64,000 bases of DNA from Alphaproteobacteria bacterium (GCA_026990035.1 JALSIM010000015.1:5132-69131); one strand, 5' to 3'. Shown: positions 29,948-40,043, numbered from the stretch's first letter. Made by a program: numbers and translations. The notes: generated by a model not told the origin, from the letters alone.

Positions 29948-31618
29948 ATGAGCGATCGCGACGGCCCGGAGGCGGACTACATCGTCGTCGGTGCGGGCAG
30001 CGCCGGCTGCGTCCTCGCCCATCGGCTGAGCGAAGATCCCTCGGTGCGGGTCCTGCTGCTCGAATACGGCGGCAGCGATGTCGGTCCCTTCATCCAGATG
30101 CCGGCCGCCCTTTCCTATCCGATGAACATGCGCTGGTACGACTGGGGCTTCCGGAGCGAACCCGAACCGGCGCTCGGCGGGCGCCGCCTGCAGTGTCCGC
30201 GCGGCAAGGTCATCGGCGGCTCCTCCTCGATCAACGGCATGGTCTATGTGCGGGGCCACGGGCGCGATTTCGACCACTGGGAGGAAACCGGCGCGTCGGG
30301 CTGGGGCTTCGCCCATGTGCTGCCCTATTTCAAGCGCATGGAGAACGCCCACGGCGGAGAGCCCGGCTGGCGCGGAACCGCGGGACCGCTCCACATCACC
30401 CGCGGGCGTCTCGACAATCCCCTCGCCCGCGCCTTCATCGAGGCCGGCATCGAAGCCGGCTACCGCTGGACCGAGGATTACAACGGCCAGCGGCAGGAGG
30501 GCTTCGGGCCGATGGAGATGACGGTCTGGCAGGGCCGTCGCTGGTCGGCCGCCAACGCCTATCTGCGTCCGGCGCTGCAGCGGCCCAATCTCACGCTCTG
30601 GACCCGGACGCTCGTCCATCGGTTGGAAATCGAAAACGGTCGCGTCGTCGGCCTCGAGGTCACCCGTCGCGGCCGTCCCCGACGGCTGCGGGCGGCCCGC
30701 GAGATCGTCCTCGCCGCCGGGGCCATCGGCTCGCCGGCGATCCTCCAGCGTTCGGGCATCGGCGATCCCGCCGCGCTCGAGGTGGCCGGCATCCGTCCCC
30801 GCCATCCGCTGCCCGGTGTCGGCGCCAATCTGCAGGACCATCTCGAACTCTACGTCCAGATGGAATGCACCCAGCCGGTCAGCCTCTACGGCTATCTCAA
30901 CCTGCCGGCCAAGGCGCGGATCGGGTTCGAATGGCTGTTGGCCAAGAGCGGACCGGGGGCCACCAACCATTTCGAATCCTGCGCTTTCGTCCGCTCCCGC
31001 GCCGGGGTCGAATACCCGGATATCCAGTTCCACTTCCTGCCGGTGGCGATCCGCTACGACGGCAAGGCTCCGGCCGGAACCCACGGCTTCCAGGTCCATG
31101 TCGGTCCCATGCGCTCCTCCTCGCGAGGCCGGGTGCGGATCCGCTCCGCCGACCCCCGGACCCCGCCCGAGATCCGCTTCGACTACATGTCGACGGAAGA
31201 GGACTGGCGCGACTTCCGCATCGCCATCCGCCTCGCCCGCGAGATCTTCGCCCAGCCCGCCTTCGCCCCCTTTCGCGGCCGTGAGCTGGCGCCGGGCGCC
31301 GAGCTGCGCAGCGACCGGGAGCTCGATGCCTTCGTCCGCGGGGCGGTGGAAAGCGCCTACCACCCTTGCGGCACCTGCCGCATGGGAAGCAGCGAGGATC
31401 CGGATGCGGTGGTCGACCCCGAATGCCGGGTGATCGGTCTCGAGGGGCTCAGGGTCGCGGACAGTTCGATCATCCCGCGGATCACGAACGGCAATCTCAA
31501 CGCCCCCTCGATCATGATCGGCGAGAAGGCCAGCGATCACATCCTCGGACGCGAAGCGCTCCCGCCGCTCGATCTGCGGCCGTGGGTGCATCCCGACTGG
31601 CGCAGTCGGCAGCGTTGA
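29948..31618 (+). CDS. GMC-family FAD oxidoreductase (choline dehydrogenase-like)
   Basis: Contains [23 protein letters not shown] and the GMC signature [14 protein letters not shown]. The start is taken at MSDRDG; the track start is 29867. Confidence 0.85.
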   Translation: MSDRDGPEADYIVVGAGSAGCVLAHRLSEDPSVRVLLLEYGGSDVGPFIQMPAALSYPMNMRWYDWGFRSEPEPALGGRRLQCPRGKVIGGSSSINGMVYVRGHGRDFDHWEETGASGWGFAHVLPYFKRMENAHGGEPGWRGTAGPLHITRGRLDNPLARAFIEAGIEAGYRWTEDYNGQRQEGFGPMEMTVWQGRRWSAANAYLRPALQRPNLTLWTRTLVHRLEIENGRVVGLEVTRRGRPRRLRAAREIVLAAGAIGSPAILQRSGIGDPAALEVAGIRPRHPLPGVGANLQDHLELYVQMECTQPVSLYGYLNLPAKARIGFEWLLAKSGPGATNHFESCAFVRSRAGVEYPDIQFHFLPVAIRYDGKAPAGTHGFQVHVGPMRSSSRGRVRIRSADPRTPPEIRFDYMSTEEDWRDFRIAIRLAREIFAQPAFAPFRGRELAPGAELRSDRELDAFVRGAVESAYHPCGTCRMGSSEDPDAVVDPECRVIGLEGLRVADSSIIPRITNGNLNAPSIMIGEKASDHILGREALPPLDLRPWVHPDWRSRQR

Positions 31619-32759
31619 GGAGGACGCCGCCAGGAAGGCCGCGAGCCTCCGTCCCACCCGGCGAAGGTGCGGCGGAGGAAGGGGGGCGGTCGCGGAACAG
31701 GGCGACGAAGCGGCTCGCCACCTTTTCGGGCGTGAACTCCGCGGCGCGGGCCCGGGCGGCGGCGCCGAGACGTTCCCGTTCGGCCGGATCGGCGATCAGG
31801 CGGGCGAGGGTCCGGTGGAGCCCCTCGCTGTCCTCCGGACGCACCAGAACCCCGGCACGTTCCGCCAGCTCGCCACAGCCGTAGGCGTCGGTGGTGACGA
31901 CCGCGCAGCCCGCATTCATCGCCTCCAGCAGCACCATCGGAAAGTTTTCCACCAGCGACGGCAGCACGAAGATCGCCGCCTCGGCGTAGAGCTCGGCGAC
32001 TCTTTCGTGGGGCAGGAAACCCGTGAACCGCACCGGCAGACCTTCCGCCTGCCGCTCCAGGGCGGCGCGCGAAGGTCCGTCGCCGGCCACCACCAGTTCC
32101 CAGTCGGGCGGCAGGCTGCGCATCGCCTCGACCAGGAACTGCACGCCCTTGCGGGGCACCAGCCGCGACACCGCGAGGATCATGTTGCGCCGGCGTCGCC
32201 GAGGCAGTCGCTCGAAGGCGAAGGGGTTGGGGATCACGGTCACCGGAACGGGACAACGACGCCGGAGGAGGTCGGCGAGGAACCGCGAGGGGCTGGTGAC
32301 CCAGCTCGCCTCCCGCAGCACCCGGCGCCACAGCGGCATCAGCAGGCGGTGCATCAGTGCGAACCGGTCGGGATTGTATCCCGGCACATCCGAGCCGTGC
32401 GCGGTGACCGCGTAGGGAACGCCGAACCGTCGGCCGAGGCGACAGGCCACCCAGCCGGTGGGAACCACGAAATGGGCGTGGATCACATCGTAGTGGCGCT
32501 CGCGGAGAAGCCGCGCCGCGGTCCGGTAGGTCGGATACAGGAAGGTCGCCTGCTCGAGGGCGGTGCTGTAGTGGCGCATCCGCCGATAGCCGCCGGTTCG
32601 CAGAATGCGTACCCCGTCGTCCATCTCCATGGCCGGGAGACCGGACATGCCGGCGGTGACGACGTCCACCTCGTGGCCCAGTCCGACCAGGGCCCGCCCG
32701 AGGAACCGACAGACGGTCGCGGCACCTCCACCGATCGGCGGGTACTCGCAGGTCAGCAT
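31512..32759 (-). CDS. Family-4-type (GT-B) glycosyltransferase
   Basis: Contains [16 protein letters not shown] and an EX7E-like region ([15 protein letters not shown]). Its start shares one base with the upstream stop (TGATG). Confidence 0.8.
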   Translation of the reverse strand: MLTCEYPPIGGGAATVCRFLGRALVGLGHEVDVVTAGMSGLPAMEMDDGVRILRTGGYRRMRHYSTALEQATFLYPTYRTAARLLRERHYDVIHAHFVVPTGWVACRLGRRFGVPYAVTAHGSDVPGYNPDRFALMHRLLMPLWRRVLREASWVTSPSRFLADLLRRRCPVPVTVIPNPFAFERLPRRRRRNMILAVSRLVPRKGVQFLVEAMRSLPPDWELVVAGDGPSRAALERQAEGLPVRFTGFLPHERVAELYAEAAIFVLPSLVENFPMVLLEAMNAGCAVVTTDAYGCGELAERAGVLVRPEDSEGLHRTLARLIADPAERERLGAAARARAAEFTPEKVASRFVALFRDRPPSSAAPSPGGTEARGLPGGVLLNAADCASRDAPTAADRAAGALRVRGCDRWPSRRS

Positions 32760-34030
32760 CAGGAAGCGCACAGTTCCCCGGCCTCCTGCAATCGGTTTTC
32801 GACCACCTTGAACTTGCGCCCCGGGGGAGGATCCAGACTGTCCCGGAAAGCCACCCGGATGGTCGCCCCGGAACCGAGCAGGGCGGACAGTGCGCCCCGG
32901 ATCGCCTCTTCGAGACCCGATCCGGGGCCGGCCTCGGGTTCGACTTCGACCCGGAACCGGTCGAGGGCCTCCTGGACCACCCGGTAGCGGGCGATTCCGC
33001 CCACCTCTTCCAGCGCCAGGGTCACGGCGTAGGGCGAGAGGCTTTCTCCGTCCGGCAGCCGGATACAGTCGACGATGCGCCCCTCCACCCGGGCGATCGT
33101 GCCGAACCGGCAGCCGCAGGCGCAGGCGCCCCCACCGGCGGCGACCGCCAGATCGCCGGTGTCGTAGCGGACGAGCGGCATAACCTTCCGCCAGAGGGAG
33201 GTCACCACCAGACGCGCGCGGCCCGGGACCGGCGCCGGCAGGAGTTCGACGATCGTCGTATCCTCCGCGAGGTGATAGGGTCCGCCCGGCGCACACTGCC
33301 AGGCGAGCGGCCCGGTTTCGGTCATGCCGTAGATGTCCAGGACCGGGGCGTCGAACAGCGTTTCGATTCTCCTTCGGACGAGCGGATCGAGACTTTCGGC
33401 ACTGGTGTAGACCGCTTGCGGCCGGGGCGGTCTTCGACCGGTGCTCCGGTAATGATCCAGGAGCCGACGCAGCGGCGCGAGCAGGGCGTAGACGCAGTAC
33501 GGCCGGAAGCTCTCCAGAGCCTCGGCCATCCGCGCCGCGGGCACCTCGCTCGAGATGTAGCGCCAGCCGAGCCAGGCCGCCGGTGGTCGCTCACCGGCGT
33601 TGGTGATCAGCAGCAGCCGCCGGCCGGGACGATAGGGACCGGCACAGAGCGCCCGCAGGAAGGCGGCCCGTCGGACCACCCGGAACTCGGGCAACTCGTG
33701 GATCGTGAAGGGGCGGCCGCTGGAGCCGCTGGTGCGCAGGGTCCGGAGATCGGCCCTGCCGCGAAGGGCGGCGGAAAGCGCCTTCTCACCGGCGGCCCGC
33801 AGCTCGGTCTTGGTGACGATCGGCAGCCGCGCGAGATCGCCGACGGTGTGGATCTCCTCGGGAGAAACGCCGGCCGCATCCCAGCGTTCGCGGTAGAACG
33901 GCACGGTCTCGTAGGCATCCCGCAGGAGACGGTGCAGCAGCCGTTCGCGCAGCGCCGTCAGACGCGCCGCCGGCAGGCGCTGGTGGAGCCAGAGCCGGGC
34001 GAACGCGGCCGGAAGCGCCATCGGGTTCAT
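32759..34030 (-). CDS. Phenylacetate-CoA ligase / CapK / coenzyme F390 synthetase-like adenylate-forming enzyme
   Basis: Contains VPFYRERWDAAGVSPEEIHTVGDLARLPIVTKTEL and the TSGSSGRP AMP-binding motif. Confidence 0.8.
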   Translation of the reverse strand: MNPMALPAAFARLWLHQRLPAARLTALRERLLHRLLRDAYETVPFYRERWDAAGVSPEEIHTVGDLARLPIVTKTELRAAGEKALSAALRGRADLRTLRTSGSSGRPFTIHELPEFRVVRRAAFLRALCAGPYRPGRRLLLITNAGERPPAAWLGWRYISSEVPAARMAEALESFRPYCVYALLAPLRRLLDHYRSTGRRPPRPQAVYTSAESLDPLVRRRIETLFDAPVLDIYGMTETGPLAWQCAPGGPYHLAEDTTIVELLPAPVPGRARLVVTSLWRKVMPLVRYDTGDLAVAAGGGACACGCRFGTIARVEGRIVDCIRLPDGESLSPYAVTLALEEVGGIARYRVVQEALDRFRVEVEPEAGPGSGLEEAIRGALSALLGSGATIRVAFRDSLDPPPGRKFKVVENRLQEAGELCAS

Positions 34031-35196
34031 GCCGCCACCAGGAGCGTTCGGGTTCGCTCCAGGATCCGGCGCTGCAACGCGGCGAGCCGTTCGGGATCGG
34101 GTGCACCCTGCTCCCAGGCGGCGAACAGGCGTGCCAGCACGGGCTCCGGATCGAACTCCTCTTCCACCATCCGTCGAACGTCCAGTGTTCTTTCCGGGTG
34201 TCCGATCAGCTCGAAGAAGCCGGCGAATTTCGGGTTGTAGGCGAGACCGAAGGCGGGCGTACCGACGGTGGTGGCGAGGATCGCCGGATGCATCCGCCCG
34301 GCGAGGAGAAAATCCACCTCCCGGCAGAGGGCCGCGTAGAGCCGTGCGTCCGCCACCCCGAGATGGGCGTGCGGGACGCCGGGAATCCGGGCCGCGAGAT
34401 CACGGGCGAAAGCCACGTCTCCCTCGTGCGTGGCGCTGTAGGACGGCAGGAAGACGACGAAGGCATCGCGGGCGCGGGCGAGACGCCCGAGCAGCTCGGC
34501 GAAGCGGGCGGTGAACCGGGCACGCCCTTTTTCGTCCCGCCGCAGCGGCAGCCCCAGCGCCCAGGCCAGCTTGCGAGGGACGATGCGCCGGGCGGGCGGC
34601 CACCACGGGCGACAGGCGACCCCGATCAACGGGCGCCCGTCGACCGGCACGCCGGCCGCCGCGAGGAAGTCGCGCGCGCGGTCGCGCGCCGCCGGCACCA
34701 GCAGCAGCGCCGGATCGGGCAGGACTTCCGCCTTCCGCGAGGTCAGTCGTTCCACGAGCTCGGCCGCCGTTTCGTCCCGCACCGTGACGCATTCCATCGA
34801 TGCCAGCGCCAGACGCGCCGCGATGCGGCTGACGGAGGCATCGAGAGGTCCGACCCCCAACCCATAGCCCGCGACCCGACCGCCTCCAAGACGGGAAAGA
34901 AGGGTCAGCACACTCCAATAGGGCATCTTGACCAGGCTGTCGTCGTCCTGGAACAGGCCGCCCCCCCCGATGAGGACGAGATCGGCCCGCGACACGGCGG
35001 CCAGAAGGACGGGCAACGCCCGTGGCCCGCGCGGCAGAAGCCGCAGGTTCCGCCCGGCGACGGTATCCGGCCGGCGGGAAAGCAGGGTGATCTCGGCGGT
35101 GGGCAGAATGCAGTTGATGGCGGCGATGGTGGCACTCCGGATGGCCTGATCGCCGAGATTGCCGTCGGCGTCGCCGGCGAGAACGAGGATGCGCAT
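34027..35196 (-). CDS. Polysaccharide pyruvyl transferase-family protein
   Basis: Contains MRILVLAGDADGNLGDQAI and LIGGGGLFQDD. ATGA overlap with the CapK-like gene. Confidence 0.75.
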   Translation of the reverse strand: MRILVLAGDADGNLGDQAIRSATIAAINCILPTAEITLLSRRPDTVAGRNLRLLPRGPRALPVLLAAVSRADLVLIGGGGLFQDDDSLVKMPYWSVLTLLSRLGGGRVAGYGLGVGPLDASVSRIAARLALASMECVTVRDETAAELVERLTSRKAEVLPDPALLLVPAARDRARDFLAAAGVPVDGRPLIGVACRPWWPPARRIVPRKLAWALGLPLRRDEKGRARFTARFAELLGRLARARDAFVVFLPSYSATHEGDVAFARDLAARIPGVPHAHLGVADARLYAALCREVDFLLAGRMHPAILATTVGTPAFGLAYNPKFAGFFELIGHPERTLDVRRMVEEEFDPEPVLARLFAAWEQGAPDPERLAALQRRILERTRTLLVAA

Positions 35197-35309
35197 CCGG
35201 GGGAGCCTCGCGAAGTTCGATCGTTGACCGTTGCCCTGCGGAATCCTTAGCATTGTCGAGCCCGGGTCGTTAAACTTTCGCTAATCCAGATACGGACCAC
35301 ACCTTCGCG

Positions 35310-36320
35310 ATGGCACGGACAGCGAAGCACCGCCGGCCCGGCTCCGCCCGGCCGCCGGCCGCGACGGGCCGCTCGACCGCTTCCGGGTCGGGAAAGGCGC
35401 CGCTGTGGACGGCCCAGGATACGCGTACCGCGTTGCGCCTGCCGTTCACCCTCGCGATGGCCGTCCTGCTGCCCGAGAACCGCCGCCACGATCTTCTCCG
35501 ACGGCTGGTGGCGATCAAGGTGGCGCGACGCCCCCTTTCGGTGCGCCTCGCCGAACGGCTGCTGGTGCCGGTTTTCACGGTCCGGAGGACGATCGGAGAT
35601 CGGACCCGTTTTCTCACCGATCTCCTGTTCGAGAACGAGCTGGCCCGGCTCGCCCTCTTCCTCCGCTATCGGCGACGGGCTCCCGAACCCGACATTCGTG
35701 TCGAGGGTGGGGAAGCGGTCGCGGCCGCGCTCGCCGCCGGTCGCGGTGCGATCCTCTGGGTGGCGCCGATGGCCCACGCCTCCCTCGTCGCGAAAATGGC
35801 CTGGCACCGCCGAGGATGGATGGTCTCCCATCTCAGCCGCTACAGCCACGGCTCGAGCTCGAGCCGCCTCGGTGCGCGGTTGCTCAACCCCTTCGTCTGT
35901 CGGGTGGAGGACCGCTACCTCGCCGAGCGTGTACGAATGCGGCGTGACGAACCGGCGGCGGTGGCGGTGCGCGTCCTCCGGCGTCGCCTGCGCGAAAACC
36001 GGCTCGTCTCCATCACGGCCCTCCCCGGCCAGGGCGAGAATGCCCGGCCATCCTTCCTCGGCGCGCGGATCCGCCTCAGTCTCGGACCACCGCGGCTGGC
36101 GGCCGGCGTGAACGCGGCCCTCCTTCCCGTGTTCTGCTGGCGCGAAGACACCGACCGCTTCGTCGTCAGGATCGACCCGCCGCTGTCCTTGGATGCCGGT
36201 CCCGAGACCGCCACCGAAGCCTTCGCTCGGGCGTTCGGCGCCCTGCTCGAACGTTTCCCGACGCAGATCGCCTGGCCCACGGCGGTCGGGCTGTTCGGCG
36301 AGGCGGACGAGGTTCCGTGA
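35310..36320 (+). CDS. LpxL/HtrB-like (lipid A acyltransferase fold) protein, paralogue A
   Basis: The pattern GRGAILWV ... SRYSHG ... LRENRLVSITALPGQG ... GPPRLAAGVNAALLPVF parallels the E. coli LpxL blocks GKGVMVVG / YRPHNN / WFAPDQD / GTYVLSRL. It is a clear paralogue of 37717-38748. Confidence 0.5.
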   Translation: MARTAKHRRPGSARPPAATGRSTASGSGKAPLWTAQDTRTALRLPFTLAMAVLLPENRRHDLLRRLVAIKVARRPLSVRLAERLLVPVFTVRRTIGDRTRFLTDLLFENELARLALFLRYRRRAPEPDIRVEGGEAVAAALAAGRGAILWVAPMAHASLVAKMAWHRRGWMVSHLSRYSHGSSSSRLGARLLNPFVCRVEDRYLAERVRMRRDEPAAVAVRVLRRRLRENRLVSITALPGQGENARPSFLGARIRLSLGPPRLAAGVNAALLPVFCWREDTDRFVVRIDPPLSLDAGPETATEAFARAFGALLERFPTQIAWPTAVGLFGEADEVP

Positions 36321-37645
36321 TCGCGGGCCTCGCGAGCTGGCGCCCGTCCCGCCTGCTGCGGGACGCGAGCTGGATTTCGGTGGCGCTGATGGCACCCGAA
36401 ACGGTGCGCGGCCTCGTCTTCCTCGCCCTCGCCCCGCTCCTCGGTCCGGAGGCCTACGGTCTCATGGGGCTGGCCGCCATGGTGATCGCCGTCGCCACGC
36501 TGCTCCTCCGCGACGGCTGGGTCACCGCCCTCCTCGCCCGATCGGAGCTCCCGGACCCGCTGCTGTCGAGCTGCTTCCGAGCTCTGGCCATGTTCGCGGT
36601 GGCGCTGATACCGGCGATCCTCGGCGGCGGCTGGCTGCTGGGCCACATCTTCACCGAACCGCTGCTGCCCGTCATCGTGGCGGCTCTGGTGCCGGCCGTG
36701 CTCGCGGAAACGGTGGCGGTGCCGGCGCGAGCCTGGCTCCTGCACCACCGGCGTTCCCGCGACGTCGCGCTGGCCAGCACGATCGCCGCGATGTTCGCCG
36801 GTATCAGCGCCGGGGGCGGCGCTCTGGCGGGTTGGGGTGTCTGGTCGCTGGTCGTGTTCAACCTGTCGCTCTCCGTCTCCACCTCCTCGCTGCTGTACCT
36901 GCGGAGCGGCTGGAAACCGGGGCGGCGGTTCGCCTCGGGCGGCATACGCCCGGTGCTCGCCGCCGCCGCCGGGATCGGCGCCGGCAACGCCGTCCTCCTG
37001 CTCGAGCAGATCGTGCTGCGCAGTTTCGTCGCCGCGGTGTTCGGCACGGCCGGGCTGGGTGCGCTGATGCTGATGCGACGGGTCGTCGATCTGATCGCCG
37101 GTGCGACCTCGATGGCGCTCGGCCGGGCGAGCCTGATCGGCATCGCCCGTTACCCCGCAGGCAGCAGCGACCGGCGAAGAACCCTGGTGCAGGCGCTGAG
37201 CCTCGGCCTTTTGCTGGCGGTACCACCCGCGCTGCTGCTGGCCGTGGCCGGCGAGGCGGCGGTTGTTTGGCTCGCCGGTCCCGAATGGACGGACAGCGGT
37301 CCCCTCCTCGAAGCCGGCGCACTTCTGGTCCTCGCCCTGCCGCTGAACGCCGTCCTGGCCCAATGGCACTACGGCCATCACCGTACCGGGCTCGAACTGG
37401 GACTCCGGATTCTCGGCAGTCTCCTGCTGCTGGCCCTCCTGCCGCTCGTCCTCGTCGGCGGGCTGACCGGCGTGGTCCTGGCGATGGCCGGCCGATCCTG
37501 GATTCTGCTGTTTTGCCGATTGCTCCTCGTGTACGGGACCGGGGGGCTGCCCGGCATCCTCCAGCGGACCCGACGGGCGCCGGCGGTCATCTCCGGGTAC
37601 CGCCGGAAGCGGACGGGCCGTCGCTGCACCCCGCCGCAGGGTTGA
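36317..37645 (+). CDS. Polysaccharide/oligosaccharide flippase (MOP/Wzx-like)
   Basis: 442 aa with about 12-14 hydrophobic segments. GTGA overlap with paralogue A. Confidence 0.7.
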   Translation: MIAGLASWRPSRLLRDASWISVALMAPETVRGLVFLALAPLLGPEAYGLMGLAAMVIAVATLLLRDGWVTALLARSELPDPLLSSCFRALAMFAVALIPAILGGGWLLGHIFTEPLLPVIVAALVPAVLAETVAVPARAWLLHHRRSRDVALASTIAAMFAGISAGGGALAGWGVWSLVVFNLSLSVSTSSLLYLRSGWKPGRRFASGGIRPVLAAAAGIGAGNAVLLLEQIVLRSFVAAVFGTAGLGALMLMRRVVDLIAGATSMALGRASLIGIARYPAGSSDRRRTLVQALSLGLLLAVPPALLLAVAGEAAVVWLAGPEWTDSGPLLEAGALLVLALPLNAVLAQWHYGHHRTGLELGLRILGSLLLLALLPLVLVGGLTGVVLAMAGRSWILLFCRLLLVYGTGGLPGILQRTRRAPAVISGYRRKRTGRRCTPPQG

Positions 37646-37716
37646 CCGGCTCCCGAAGGTTCCCCTAACCGAAAGTTCAGAACTCGGATTCCCCCACCTC
37701 CGAGGAGCGGACACCG

Positions 37717-38748
37717 ATGGTCTTCGGCATATCGCTGCCGACGGCAGCGACCCCGTATTGCTCGGCCGCGGCCCGGCCGGAGCAACGCTGGGTGAGTGCG
37801 GAGGATTTCACCACCGCGGCGCGGATGACGGTCGGTCTCGGTCTGCTGGCCCTGCCTTTCGCCTTGCGCGAGCGGCTGCTCGCTTTTGTCGCCCGGCGCC
37901 GAACCCGGTCGAAGGCGGGACCGCGGTTCCGCAGCGTGGCCCGGATGACGGCTCTACTCGCCGGCGAGACGGCGAGGGATCCCCGGACCCTCCTCTTCCA
38001 ATGGCATAGACATCATCTGGCGTACGAGCTCCTGGTGCTGCGGACGGCGTTGGGCGGGAAGCCGGATTTTCCCTATCTGTTGCGCGGAAGCGAGCATCTG
38101 CACGCGGCGCTCGCCCGGGGGCGGGGCGTCGTTTTCTGGGGAATGCCGTTCCTGTACGTGCCCCTCGTTCCCGCCATCGTCCTCTACCGCGAAGGCCTGG
38201 CTTCGGTGGCGCTGTCGCGATGGACGCACGGCTATGCGAGAACGCGCCTGGGTGCCGCTCTGCTCAATCCGATCCGCGTCCGGGCCGAGAACCGGTTCCT
38301 CCTCGACCGCGTGGTGATCGGCCGGAATTGCTCGCCGCTTCCCGCATTGCGCCGCCTGCTCGACGAACTGCGGCACAATCGTCCGGTGTCCATCCTCCTC
38401 GCACCTCTCGCCGAGCGCCTCCTGGACGTCCCCTTCGCCGGCGGCCGGCTGCGCGTCCCCTCGGGTCCCCTGCGTCTGGCTGCCCGGGCCCGCTGTCCGG
38501 TGCTTCCCGTCTGTTGCTGGTGGGAGGACGGGCGCTTCGTCGTCGAGATCGACGAGCCGCTGCCGGCTCTCGCCGACGGCGATCGCGGAACGCAGGCGGC
38601 GGCCGAACTCGCACGACGTCTTGAGATCCGGGTGCGGCGCGTTCCCGATCAGTTCCACTGGCCGAACCCCAGCTTCGTGCCGCCGCACCTCGCGGTGGCG
38701 GCGACCGGCCGAACGCAAGGAAGAGGAGGGCCGCAGCCCTCCTCTTAG
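37717..38748 (+). CDS. LpxL/HtrB-like protein, paralogue B
   Basis: The blocks GRGVVFWG ... SRWTHG ... LRHNRPVSILLAPLAE ... GPLRLAARARCPVLPV are collinear with paralogue A. Confidence 0.5.
   Translation: MVFGISLPTAATPYCSAAARPEQRWVSAEDFTTAARMTVGLGLLALPFALRERLLAFVARRRTRSKAGPRFRSVARMTALLAGETARDPRTLLFQWHRHHLAYELLVLRTALGGKPDFPYLLRGSEHLHAALARGRGVVFWGMPFLYVPLVPAIVLYREGLASVALSRWTHGYARTRLGAALLNPIRVRAENRFLLDRVVIGRNCSPLPALRRLLDELRHNRPVSILLAPLAERLLDVPFAGGRLRVPSGPLRLAARARCPVLPVCCWWEDGRFVVEIDEPLPALADGDRGTQAAAELARRLEIRVRRVPDQFHWPNPSFVPPHLAVAATGRTQGRGGPQPSS
38721..38746. terminator. Hairpin between convergent genes
   Basis: AAGAGGAGGGC-CGCA-GCCCTCCTCTT, an 11-bp perfect stem that overlaps the last codons of paralogue B. 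There is no clear U-tract. Confidence 0.4.
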
Positions 38749-38772
38749 CCTCCCCGATCGAGGGGAACGATC

Positions 38773-39927
38773 TCAGCTTTCGGGCCGCCAGATTTCTTCG
38801 ACCTTGTACTGGCCCTTCTTCACGCTGATGATCGACACGGGCTTCGGCGGCACCATGCTGGGCCGGGTGTAGGAGATTTCCCCCGTGACCCCCTTGAAGC
38901 CCCGTGTGGCGGCGAGCGCGTCCCGGATCGCCTTCGGATCTGCCGCACCGGCACGCTCGATGGCATCGGCCACCAGCCGCAGCGCGTCGTAGCCGAGGGC
39001 GGCGAAAGCGTTCTCCGGATCACGCCCGTATTCCTTGCGATAGGCCTCGATGAAGGCGATGACTTCCGGGCGATCGTCGGCGCGGTAGGTGTGGGTGGAG
39101 AAATAGACCTCGTCGGCGAGATCCGGGCCGGGCGTCGTCACCACCAGTTCGGTGTCGAAGCCGTCCCCGGAAACGATCGTCACCTCCAGCCCCGCCTCGC
39201 GGATCTGCTTCACCGTCAGCCCCGCCTCGGTCGGAATGGCGGAGATGAACACCGCGTCGGGAGCCGGATCGACCGCCTTGAGGCGGGCGATCTGGGCCGA
39301 GAAATCGGTGTCGCCCATCATGAAGTAATCCTCGGCGACGATCTCGCCGCCGCGCTCGACGAAGCGCTGCTTGAAGAACTTCGAGAGCGCCTTGGTGAAG
39401 TCCATCGAATTGTCGGTCCAGACCACGACCCGCCGCGCCCCGAGCCTGTCGTAGGCGTAGTCGGCGATGGCGAAGGACTGGTCGTCGTCACCGAAGGGAG
39501 TCATGAACATGTAGTCGCCGACCCACTGCGGCAGCATCGGATGGGTGGCGCCGGAGGTGACGAACGGAACGCCGGCTTCCTGGAACAGCGGCGCCGCGGC
39601 CATCACGAAGGTGGTGTCGGAAAAACCGATCGCCGCCACCACCCCCTCGCTCAGCAGACGCTGGGCCGCCTTGGCCGTCTCCTGCTGGTCCGTCTTGGTG
39701 TCGATCGCCAGCAGTTCGATCGGCCGACCGTCGAGCAGGCCGCCGGCCTCGTTGATCTCCTTGGCGGCGAGCTTGGCGCCGTTCAGGGACGGCCCGTCGA
39801 TCGAGGCCATGCCCCCGGTGACACCGTAAAGCGCGCCGATCTTGATCGGTTCGGCCGCGTCGAGCGATCCGCCCGCCACCAGCGCGAACGCCAGGGCTGC
39901 AGCTCCAGTCACGAATTTGCCAGGCAT
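38773..39927 (-). CDS. ABC transporter periplasmic substrate-binding protein (branched-chain amino acid / amide type)
   Basis: Has a signal peptide (MPGKFVTGAAALAFALVAGGS) and IKIGALYGVTGGMAS, typical of the LivJ-like family. Confidence 0.85.
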   Translation of the reverse strand: MPGKFVTGAAALAFALVAGGSLDAAEPIKIGALYGVTGGMASIDGPSLNGAKLAAKEINEAGGLLDGRPIELLAIDTKTDQQETAKAAQRLLSEGVVAAIGFSDTTFVMAAAPLFQEAGVPFVTSGATHPMLPQWVGDYMFMTPFGDDDQSFAIADYAYDRLGARRVVVWTDNSMDFTKALSKFFKQRFVERGGEIVAEDYFMMGDTDFSAQIARLKAVDPAPDAVFISAIPTEAGLTVKQIREAGLEVTIVSGDGFDTELVVTTPGPDLADEVYFSTHTYRADDRPEVIAFIEAYRKEYGRDPENAFAALGYDALRLVADAIERAGAADPKAIRDALAATRGFKGVTGEISYTRPSMVPPKPVSIISVKKGQYKVEEIWRPES

Positions 39928-40013
39928 CGGGCTCTCCCTGTCTCGAGGCCGTGCCTCGAGGGCACTGTCGTTCTCGGTCCGGTAGCCGCATTCAAGCCGA
40001 GGCCGCCCATCAC

Positions 40014-40043
40014 GTCAACCAAATCGAACACACTCGGGTTGAC
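40014..40043. promoter_or_regulatory. Inverted repeat GTCAACC-N16-GGTTGAC in the divergent SBP/rpiR promoter; candidate operator
   Basis: Read directly from the sequence. It lies in the only AT-richer stretch between the two divergent genes. Confidence 0.3.

Noticed and set aside
35260-37680. A shared AACTTTCG / CGAAAGTT octamer upstream of both LpxL-like paralogues, considered as a common operator.
   Set aside because: - The match is only 8 nt and the two copies are in opposite orientations.
- It could easily be chance, so it is mentioned only within the paralogue finding.
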